Assembly: GCF_001194135.2 (NCBI RefSeq)
Contig: NC_068985.1
Span: 26,082,919-26,146,918, forward strand
Reading direction: 5' to 3'
DNA: 64,000 nt
Source of the DNA: Octopus bimaculoides
Taxonomy: Eukaryota
Shown here: piece by piece, positions 12,701 through 24,700 of the stretch
How positions within the stretch are numbered: the first letter of the stretch is position 1
Layout: the number at the start of each line of letters is the position of its first letter
Position numbers and translations under genes: made by a program
The notes under the pieces: model-generated
What the model was told of the DNA's origin: nothing
The model's database searches: none
Seen by the model: only the letters and a program-made list of their open reading frames with translations

Positions 12701-15700
12701 TGTCCACGTGTATGGATACATACAAACATAAAACAAAATATCATTCTCATATCTTCCATTCTTAGCTGCCTTCATCATCATCATCATCATCATTTAACGT
12801 TAGTTTTCCATGCTGGCATGGGTTGGACGGTTTGACTGGGGACAGGCAAGCCAGGAGGCTGCACCAGGCTCCAATCAAGTCTGGCAAGGTTTCTACAACC
12901 AGATGCCCTTCTTTAACGCCAACCACTCCGAGAGTGTAGTGGGTACTTTTTACGTGCCACCGGCACAGGATCCAGTCAGGTGGCACTGGCATCAGCCACG
13001 CTCGGATGGTGCTTTTTACGTGCTACCAGCACAGGAGCCAGTCAGGGAGGAGTGGCTGGCATTGACCGAGTTCAGATGGTGCTTTTTACATACCACCAGC
13101 ATGGGAAGCCAGTCAGGCAGCACTGGCATCGACCCATGCATGAATGGTGCTTATTGTGTGCCATCAGCATGCTTCCTCATGTTATTTTTCAAGTTCAAAT
13201 TGGTATCATTTTCATTTCTAATAGGATCTACATCAATGCTACAAATGTATATTTAACAGACATCATACTTCTTTTTAATACTCTGTTAGAATTTTTTTTT
13301 TTTTTTGGTTGCTAATGAACAAAAGTTTCCTAAACTTCTCATTAACACCATTTCTGCAATTTTCAATCCACTGGTCCAAAGTTGATACAAACTGTGATTA
13401 AATTTAACACCTAACTATATATAGGTTGAAAAGAACAATAGAGAGAAATAGCATTAATCAATAGAGGATGACACTGAAAGAGGCCAATGAAGTTATAACA
13501 ATGACTATAACTCAGAACTAAGCTCAAACTTCATTTTATTTGGGAAAACACCATGATAATTATTATTAATGCTATGATGCTAAAAATATGCAGTGCTAGC
13601 GTGGCAGAAATGATTGAGGAGATGTTAAAAGACTTTCAAAGAAAGATTAATCAAGATGATTCTACTGTAGTTACTACAGATTACTCTATCATTATTTATG
13701 ATTAGGAATAGTAAAATATAAATCTCTCTGAGAGATTTAGAAATGCAATATTTCTAATTTTGTAGATCAGTGACTTTATTTCACTTGAAATTCTATAAGT
13801 TTTCAAATGCAAATAAGCACCGACAGCTAGCAAGACAAGCTACTCCAGACTGATGAAGAGCAATAACTCTGAAACTAGTCTCTGGATGCTGGCTTTGCTG
13901 GGTGGAGGTGCTTATCTCCCCAGTTTGAAAACTTAAGAACACCTGTTATGTAGCCAACTGGAAACAATGTTTCCTAGGGCTAAATAGCAGTAGCATTCAT
14001 CCCTTTCCTGGGACTGCCACATTAAGTTGGCAACAAATCATCACTTTATCATGCTGCTACTGTATAAGTCGCTCTGAGAGATTTAGAAATGCAATATTTC
14101 TAATAAGACATTTCAGTTTAGTGGAAAACTTTTTCTATCAGAGCATATCTATTACCAATATTTATTACAGTCCTACATTCTTTATCTTGTGGTCTGTCTT
14201 GTTGACACTTTATAAATTTGGATGTTAACTTGGTTTCATGAGCTTTCATTCCTTTGTTAGCTAGATGGAATTGTTCTAGCTGTTGAAGTTGCCTTTCTGT
14301 GGGCCAGTGACCAAGCTAAGATATTTGCAGACTACCATAAACTGTCTTTGAATGATGCCCATTCAGTGTCGATTTGTTTAGCTGCCAGAAGAGCAAAGCA
14401 CATTTGGAGTTTAAACTTCAGGACTTGATTCTTTAAAAAAACGAGACACATAAGCATTTGAGTAGAGCCTCACAGAAGTTAACTTATAAATGTACATGAA
14501 GTTTTGCTTGCACTAGCAGCCCTCATCAGCAAAGCATAGTATGTAAAGCCACAAAGTACTAACAAACCTCTGCAAATGTAGTCAGGTGTGAGGTATCAGG
14601 TGATAAAACTGTGGAATGTGTTTTGATTACCACAAGCCAACTGGAAAGTGTAAAATAGATAAAGCGTTCAAGATTTTTACATCAAGTACCTAATGCAATA
14701 TGTCAACAAATTTAAATTTTAAGAGTAATCTGGTTCTATGTTAACAAATAAACATTTTTAGACTAGAGTAGCTTACAAGCATATCTTAGGAACATGCCTA
14801 GACATCAATTTTTGAAGAAAATTTGCATATGAATTTCTAGTCAAAGGATATTCCCACCAACATTATGTTGGGAGCTTAAAGTAACATCTCCATCTGCATT
14901 AACCCCTGCAATTAATACAAACTGGTCTACTTTTCCATCTGGCAAATACCAGTAATTGCCTGCTAGAATGCTAGGGCTATAACAGCTTGAATGCCAAAAC
15001 TTAATGAAGAAATCAGTTTCAAAAGGATTTGGAATTGACTGGATACTGGCATCAGAGATGTAAGGCTCAGTACAGTATATATTATACAACCTTTACTGAA
15101 ATGGGTAGAAAATCATCTTTGCCAAAAATAGTCAAACCCGACAGTCAGTAATTCTGTAGAAAACTGTTTCAACATTTGCATTAAAACTGCTTAGAAAAAT
15201 TGTCAGTTTTGTGTCCTTTGAAATTATGCTCTAGTATAGTAGGAGATGGCTATACTAGAGCAAAATGCACACTCTTTTAAAAAAATCTAACACTTAAAAA
15301 CTTAATTTGAATATATTTGATAATTTGTTATGAATGTTTAATGAAAAATTGGTGTGAGCTGATGGTGGAGAGGATCTCAATTGTAGAAGTAGACCAAAGT
15401 AAACATAGATACATGTAATGAAGATAAACATAAATAAATGTAACTGAAACAAATGATCCAAAGCCATGGATAGATGTGATACAGACAAACCAGTGAAACC
15501 CATAACAGTGTAAAAACAGACTCTCAAATGACAACGAGAAAACTTCAAGTCATAAAAACAAAACTACCTTTCTCTGCTTCTACTCCTCCTGGTTCGACTA
15601 CGGCTACGCCGCCGTCGTTTTTCTCGTTCTCTTTGCCTCTCCCTTTCTTTCTCCCTTTCCTTTTCTTTCCTACGTTTCTCTTCTCGTTCTTTCTCTTTTT

Positions 15701-18700
15701 CCCGCTCTCTTTCTTTTTCACGTTCTTCTTTCTCTCTGACAAGTCTAGCTTCTCTTTCTTCTGCAGATTGTAACTTTCTCTAATATAATATACAAATAGT
15801 ATAATTAATAGAAATAACCAAATACAAAATATTTGATTCTCCAAAGATTATTTATTACTACATTTAAACTTTTCTAAATTATCATTACATTGACGGGTAT
15901 AGAGCACAGGTTAAATTATATAAATTGAGAGGACAATCAGAGGTAAGTTTAAACTTTTAACTGTTGCTTTTTTTAAATAGGTGCAGTATTCAATCATTAA
16001 CCTCTGTCTGTTAGAAAAATAAGTAGCACGAAAGGAAAAGTTTTATTTTTCTCAAACAATAGACAAGTGGCTTCATTATTCATTGAAACAAATTCAACTG
16101 CATTTTGCTCTAACAAAAACAGTGCATGATCGGAAAACAGTTTTTTGCTCTTGTTAATTTTTAACTTGTTGTTATTGCTGCTTGCTTAGCCAACAAAATC
16201 AATAACTCACTTTTCATGCTTCAGTTTGCAACAAATGCCAATGGGAAAGGTTTTTACAAATGAATGAGAGAGAAACAATGTCTCCTCACAAACACATTAG
16301 ATTTCAACAAATAATTGCTTCTCATTAACATTGTTCCAATTCAATATAGGAAAATCATGAGAGCATGCATAGCAAAACACTGATCATGGTAATACTTTTT
16401 AAATATGAAACTGTCAAATATCCTGAATAGTTATCTATTGGTTACTACTTAAACTACTTATATGAGCAAAGAATGGTCTGTCATTTAGATACCAGTATTA
16501 AAAAGTATTTTCCAAAATATTTCAAGCTTGAAATTTTGCTCTATATCAAAGTGTTAAAAATATAAAAATCAAAGATAAATACATTGAAGAGTTCTTCACA
16601 TATGTAATAAAAATGATTTTACAAAAACTACAAATGTTCTGATGCCACAAACCTGCTTTCTTTCTTCAACATATGTTCTGATTCTTGCATAACCAGAATG
16701 TTGTTTTCCCATGATATGTTCATCAATACGCTGCTGAATATCTCCAACAACAAGGAGTGCGCCACATACATTACACACTTCCATGGTTTTTTCACTTTCT
16801 GGTGTTTGACTGTTTTGCCGGGTTTGCTGAAATGAAAAGATGATTTCAATAAATTATACAAACTAATGCACATCCAGTAGATGTCTTATAATAAAAAAAA
16901 TTTTTTTAATTACCACACACATTTCAAACTAATGCAAAATTGATGAGAATTGCAGTGACATTTTCAGAATATTAATAATTTCAAATTATTTATTTTAAAT
17001 ATTATTTTCCACACAGGAGAGAAACGGCATGTTATGTCATTAGTCCCTTTTAATCTTTTAGCATTCAGATTACTTTGTCAAATCTTATGCTTGCTTATTC
17101 ACATTGTTTTAAATTAATCATGTATTATCTCATAAGTTTGAGATTTTGATGATATGATTGTCAATTTTAAGGAATAACATTGTAGGAAAGATGTGAGAAG
17201 CTGGATCTGGATAAGTTTGAAGATAAAACAGGTAGAATATGTTGGCTAGATAGAGCCAGTTTGAATGCCAAAGGGTTAAAATAATAGTAGCCCTAATTCT
17301 TCCTCTCCTAGTATTTTTAACATTTTTGCTTTTTATATTTACCTCATAGAATAGACAGGTCCATAGATTTACTAATTTATTTAATTGTTTGAATAACTTT
17401 CATGTAGAGCTTCCATCAATCAAGCTTGATCATACATCTGCATGTGTATCAACAAGCTTTTCAAGGAAGACAAGCAGTTGCCCATGCAGGCCAAGTATCC
17501 CCTCTTTACACCAGTGTTTATCCGAGGAAAAGACCACAGAGTCAGGTCGATAAAGCTTGATATTGTTGTCAAAACACAGAGTCAGGACAGATACTGTGAG
17601 GCATAGGTATCATACCAGGCCTTCTAACAATTTCACTAATCCATAGCCCAGGATTGGTATTTTCTTTTTAACTACACAGAAAGGATGAAAGATAAAGCCT
17701 CCACAGGATTTGAACTCAGAATGTAAAGAGTTGAAACAAACACTGAGGCATTGTATCCAACACTCTAAACTGCCATTTCACCAATCATAGGTAGATATAC
17801 TCCAACCTAATGGTAGCTGCTTAACTCCACATATATGGTTTCACATCCATTTTCTGCTAAGACAAATAAGTATAATTTAGAGTAATGTATCTGGTTAAAA
17901 ATGCAACAATGCTAAAAGCTAATATTCATTTACTCACCATAAGAATTCATACAATATCAAATAGTTATTGCAAATTAAAATTGCTAAATTTTTTTGCAGC
18001 CCCCATATCATTAATTTTTGAAAGTGGTCAATTTTCTTTTCTGTAAACTAAATGGTCAGTTTCTTTTATTAGACTGAATTATAAAAGATAAACGTAATTG
18101 ATGAGTTACATTTTTTGTTATTATGTTTTGTTATCCTACATATGCCAAAGCACTCATTCTTGCTTTATAAAATGCCAACTATCTTGTACTTTTCTGAAAT
18201 TTGACATTGTAGATTAAAAAATGTCTCCATAATTCAGTGCTTGGTTCTGGATTTAGAGGTTTTAAGTAAAGGAGAGACAAGTATTTCCTAAATAGAATGC
18301 CAGTGGCATTTCCGCCAAGACAGAATATTCTAGTAAAAGCAATAAAACACCTGCCTGCAACATATATAAACTCTTAGCTATTCCATTTGTAAAAGGACAT
18401 ACAAAACATCATAAAAATGAGCAAAAAGTTAAGATACAATTGTTTGGTATTTTAACAGAAAATCTTTCAAAAATATAAATTTCTTAATCAGAATAAGACT
18501 ATTTTCAGCTTACATTTTCTAAAACTTTCCTCTCCTCCCTTAGTAAATCACATAATTTCATAACACCTTGAGCTTCTTCAACTTTTCCTTCACAACCCAA
18601 ATTTTCTGCCTGAGAAAATAAAAAAAACAAATGCAATAAAATAAATCCAATCTAACTTGAAGAGGTAATTAAGAATAGATATGAGTGATCCATTCATATC

Positions 18701-21700
18701 GGTGCAAAGGAAATATTCAAATGTTTGATAACAATGCAGACTAGTTTGACACTGACACAAATCAGACATACAGACAAATAGAAATTTATGAAGAGAGAGA
18801 GAGAGAGTCATGTAATATACTGCTATATAAACAAAATCTATTACTTGTTTTTCATATATATAAGCCATAATTTTTTATTTATTTATTTATTTCTGAAATA
18901 TGTTAGGCTTAATTGAAAGACTACAAACAGTTCGTAGGAACAATTTTTCTGTGCATGTAGTTTAAAACAAATTAAGATAATATTGATTTCAAATTTTGGC
19001 ATAAGGCCAGTAATTTCGGGGGAGGGAGGAAGTTGATTACTATCAACCCCAAAAGGATGAAAGGCAAAATTGGCCTCAGTGGAATTTGAACTCAAAATGT
19101 AGTGACAGATGAAAAGCTGCTAAGCATTTTGCCCAGTGTACTAACAGTTCTGCCAATTCACTGCTTTAAAAATTAAGATAATATTGAGCAGTTATTTGGC
19201 ATCAAGGCGATGTAATCAATTGAATGTGACATGAACAAATTTAATACTAATCTTCTCAACAAGCCACTACCTTAATTTCATTAACTGGATTGTAAAAATT
19301 TAAGGTTAATAAAGTTCTAAATCACTGAATGAAGATACTTCAATATTAAGCTTTCTCAAACTATTCTTGGTTCTTCAAGCAAAAAAAAAAAAGTTTTCAA
19401 TCTAAATATGAATACTATTTAAAACTATTGTTGGTTCTTTCAAGTTTCAAATGAAATTAAGCTAGATAACTCAACTTCTATAGATAGACAACATTCAGTT
19501 GGAAACTATAGGATATTTTTATAAAAGTTATGGCAAACATTAAATTATACAGATGTTCTCATCAACTGACTAAGATGTTTATCATGCTGTTTCTAGCTTA
19601 GAGTAATCAATGTAGTTACAAGTATTATTTATACAAACTATTTTATTGAAAAGAATACCTACACTTACAAAGCAACCAATTTAATCAGACACCAGTCAAT
19701 GTAACTTTTGGGCCATGAGAAAAGCAAACGTACAATGGTATGTACTGAATACTTTATAGTTGTTTTTATTTACAGCACACCAAATTTGTACATCAGGCTA
19801 GAATAATCTTCAAAAGATTGTTCAAATGATATAATCTATTTTTTTCTACGATACTCAAGATGAACTCACCAAATGCTAATTCTTCCTTGATAGTGTAATT
19901 AGTACATACCTGTTGAACTAAATCATTAATCCGTTCAGTTAACATGGCAACTTTTTCTTCTTTCAGAGCAGCAGCATTGCTTGAAGGCTGGAGATAAACA
20001 AATAGTTCAGATAAAAGTTTTTTTCAAAACAGCCATGTAAGTTAACATTCATTACCAATACTGCCCAAGACCATTCTTTGTCCTACCTATGCTACCAATC
20101 CACAGAAGCTGCCTGTATTTTTCTGGTCAATTAAATCTAAATTTATATCAGTGATAATACAAGATTTCACTAGGTAAAGATTTTGTAATACTGTTACAAT
20201 TTGTCCTCTGAAATTTTGGTCATTTTTCTCCACACCCATTTTTTAAAATCATTTCTGTAATACTCTCTACCCTTTTTAATATGGATACCAGCTTCAAATT
20301 TAGGAGCAGTAACTCGAAATTTGAAGTGTTTTTGAAAGAACAAATGCAGCAGCATGTGAAAAATACAACCATAATCAAGTGGATGATTATATATCAATTT
20401 CTGAGAGTGGAAACAACTCAAACAACAAGAGTGAAAACAACAATAAATTGATAACAGAAGCAGAATGAAGTGAAACGTTTTAAAATATTTCTTTCCCATT
20501 CTAATTAGTGTTCCTGTTTATTGATAAAAAAAAATACTGATTACTTCTTTTAACAATGTAAGTGTCCCAGACAATCAACATGGAGACCATAAATAAAGAG
20601 TAAAAAAGAACAAATAAAGTCCCAGATACTTAGATGAAATTCAGACATTTTTGTCATAAATATTAATAAATGGATAAAAGAAATTAGGCCAATGGGCTAC
20701 CAATTTGCAGCTCTGATGAATCTTACTTGTAGCTACTCACACATGTATTTCAAAACCAAGTCAACATTTTCATATATGTGACTAATAGTACACTATTTGG
20801 GAAAGGAAACTATGGCTTGTTGTTCAAAATACGACCCCTAATGGACACTTTACAAGACACTTCAGTTCTATTAAAAGCCTTGAAAATCATGATAAAGGTT
20901 GTTCACAGGTGAAAGACGGTAAGGTATAAAAGCTAGATATGTTTCTAACAAAATATGGCATGAAGGTTTGGAAGACTTATGAACAGATGTTGGGTACTGC
21001 TGTAGGTTTTATTTTTGAGAAAAAAAAAATTTAAAAAAAAATGTGCAAGTCAGCATGGCCTGAAATATGGTGTGGTACGGAAATCATCACTTCCATACTA
21101 TAAACAACACCAAATATTTTTTTGACTAGTATTTCTCTTTGGTCAAGTATGTAAAGGCCTTAGAAGTTGTAATAACATATACAGATGTCATAAGGATGCA
21201 AATAAATAAAGAGGGTGTTGATGAATATATAAAAAATAAAAATTAAAACAAAGTAGGGAAATAATCCAACAGCAAAAAGGAAATTTGCTAGTGAGTGTAG
21301 AAACAAGAGTCACAATAAATTTCTGTCCATATATGTTCAACCACTTAAAGATATAAGTGGCACACCATTTCTAAAATTCCATCAAAGCAGTTCAATTGAG
21401 GCAATATAGATTGATTAAACTGAACTATGAGCTTTTACGAGGTAGACCTGGTGGCAGCAACACTTGCTGTGATATACAGTAAATATGAGTACTGACAAAA
21501 TTTTTTTTTAAATTTTGTTAATAACCAAATCACAAAGAGTACGAAAGCAATGTACTCAGCTGCAGAATTGAGCTGAGGACAAGCTTTTCCTCAAAAAAAA
21601 AAAATCTACAGAGAAATATCCTTTTAAATTTGACTAACTTCATAATAGTTGCAAGATAGCATACTGAGAATGCAAATAGCAGAAATGGAAAGCAACCCAA

Positions 21701-24700
21701 TGGGTGGTCAATTGAAATAACTTTCCAATGAGCATTCTGGAATACTTTATTTTCTCATTTGCCTTATTTTTGACTTTTTAATTTACCCAGAAACGGGGTG
21801 GCAAATTCTGCTTCATTAGTGATAATCTACTTTTGTGTACCTCAATTATATGCACTCAAGTGCAAATAAAAATACAAGAAGGTACAATATTCCCTGACGT
21901 CCTTTATTGCAACTTTATTAATCCCAAAAGAATATTGGCTACTAACTCATTTTATATGGTAATATTTAAACAAAAATTTTAATAATTTTAGATTTCACTG
22001 AATTTACCTGTAATTAAAGTAGTTTTGAGACAAAAATTCCATCATAGACTTATGTAAGAATCTTTTGCTATGTTGTGTTCCAAACATCACCTTAATACAT
22101 CAATAAACAAAAAAGTTGTTGTTTTATGAAAATAGCCTAAATTCACAATTATTTTACAATTTAACAGAAAGAGTATTTCTAGTTAGAAATATATTATAAT
22201 GAATAGGTTAAGAAATCTTTTCTTAATATTTTCCTTCCTATATAATTTTTTTTATTACATTGTAAGCATAGGCTGGACAGTTCTGTTATGATTTATATAG
22301 AATACATGTTCTTGAATTAGTAAAACAGCAAAGTGAATGCAACTATAAGTCCTTCCTAAAAAATACAGGAAACTTGAGAAATCTTCAGTTTGAATTGTTA
22401 CAGGTGGACAAGAAACACCAATGAGAAAGCATTGACTATGTTTAATATGGAATCTGGTATGAATGATAAGAGAAGTTAGTTCATGAAGTTAGCCCTAGGT
22501 CAGCCCTGATTGATCTAACCTATGATCAAAAGGTAGTGAAGACATCCATTTTACTTTTTTTTTTCCAACCAAGTGTACCCTGGACTATTTTATCCAGTGT
22601 CTCTTTTTATTTCCTCTTGTAATGATTCCTTTAGCCACTTTGTTCTAAAAAAGGAATTTCAAGATATTTGCTAATAAACACTGCGTCATCATTATTATCA
22701 TTTAACATCCATTTTCCATGCTGGCATCAGCTGGATGGTTTGACTGGAGCTCATAAGGCCAGAGGTTGCACCAGGCTCCAATGTCTGTTCTGGCAAGGTT
22801 TCTGCCCTTCCTAATGCCAGCCACTCTATAGCGTATATTTTTTATATGTAGCACCAACACCAGTCCTTTTAACACGGTACCTTATTTTCAGCAATACAAA
22901 TACTATGAAAATAATTTTGTTTATGTCAAAATTTGTAATTGCTTAATACAAAATTCAAACAAGAAATACTTAGTGAAATTAACAAAAAAACTAACTTAAA
23001 ATATGAAAACATACAACAAATGAGGAATCAAAATCTTCATGAAAAATACTAAACTACTAAAACTTTATTTCTTATAACTATCAGGAACACCAGCCATGTA
23101 GCATGTTTACAAATAATCTATAAACATGTTTACCAGGCATATGCTCTAACCAGAAATTCATGTGCCAATGAGGAAGCCTCTACTTAGACACATGACCAGC
23201 TAGAAATAGTGGTCAAATCTCCCTCAAGCACACCTACCATCTTTAAAAAGAGAAAGGCACATTAGATGGTGTAATCCTAGATACACTGCATCTGAAAATA
23301 AGGTGAATTGGTTATGGTTGGAACACCTTTGACCACAGATCTCCTTGTGGAGTGGGGTGGTGCAAAATAACAGCTTATATTTGTTCTTCAGTTTTGAATA
23401 ATTTTTACCAATTTCTATCCCTTATTACCTAAACAACAGCATTTTTCAACAAATTTGATACATCTGGAACTCAAAACATTAATATTTCTTAATACTATAA
23501 CACATCACATTTTACTGGAAAATCTTAAATATTTAAAATGACTAGACTATATAATACATTTTTTAGATCTAACAAATGGTTTTAATGTTTATAAAACAAA
23601 CGTTTTTACAAATAGTATACTGCCTTTTTTGTAAGAAAAATGCACTGTACTAAAAGAGGTGTATAAACAAATTTGAAAAACAATTTACACTGTACTAAAA
23701 GAGGTGTATAAACAAATTTGAATTACTTACTGTTCCCTGGGTACTATTCAAGGCTAAGCGCTGATGGCCTCTTCGAATCCTTCTTTCAACATCAGAAATC
23801 AAAGTTTGAAGGAAACGCATAAATTCTTCCTCATATCCCATTTTTTCAAACCGACCACTTTTTGTATACCTTAAAATGATAAATAAGTAAATATAAATCC
23901 ACTGCCAAAAACAACACTGATAATAATGACTTCAAATTTTGGCACAAGGCCAGCAACTTTGAGGAAGTGGGTTATCAACCCAGAAAGGATAAAAGGCAGA
24001 GTTGATCTTAGCAGAATTTGAACTCAGAAAGCCAAGACAGATGAAAAGCTGCTAAGACATTTTACCAATGTACTAACAATTCTTCATGCTTACTGTCTTG
24101 AAGCAAGCTGATGATGATAATAATAATAATAGAATAAACACATATTTTTTGGTATAACTTTTGCAATTGATTTTTCTCCCTAATGAGAGTAATGAATTAG
24201 ATTGTTTCGTAAATTCAAACTTGAGTAGTACATAATCTCTCTCTCTCTATGTATATATATATATAAACATAATTAAGGGATCAGCAAACATTTGCTTCAC
24301 CACATACCGAAGTTCAGAAATAGCAGCTAAAAAAGCTGAGACTCACAAAGGCAAAAACCTGCTTTCAGGTTGTGCCGATGCATGAATGTTCACTCGTTCA
24401 TGCAAGCACAGTTTTGTTAGCATAGTCGAATTTACTACTAGAATATCATACCGATGAAGGAAATTGAGTATTATCGCTCATAATCCAGAAACGCGTCTAT
24501 GATTAACTTCGAATGGTTAGTTTTCATTTGCTTTTTCTTCTTGTTTTTGCCTTTGTGAGTTACAAGTAATGCTATCTGTTGGAGTCTCAGCTTTTTTAGC
24601 TGTTATTTCTGAACTTCGGTATGTAGTGAAGCAAATGTTTGCTGATCCCGTAATTATGTTTATAAATGTATAAGAACTTTAAAATAAGTTCTCCACCGAT

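Noticed and set aside
15545-15844. Lys-rich 99-aa ORF and the antisense Phe-rich ORF 15528-15773
   Set aside because: These are alternative-frame and antisense readings of the purine-rich LUC7L3 exon 8.
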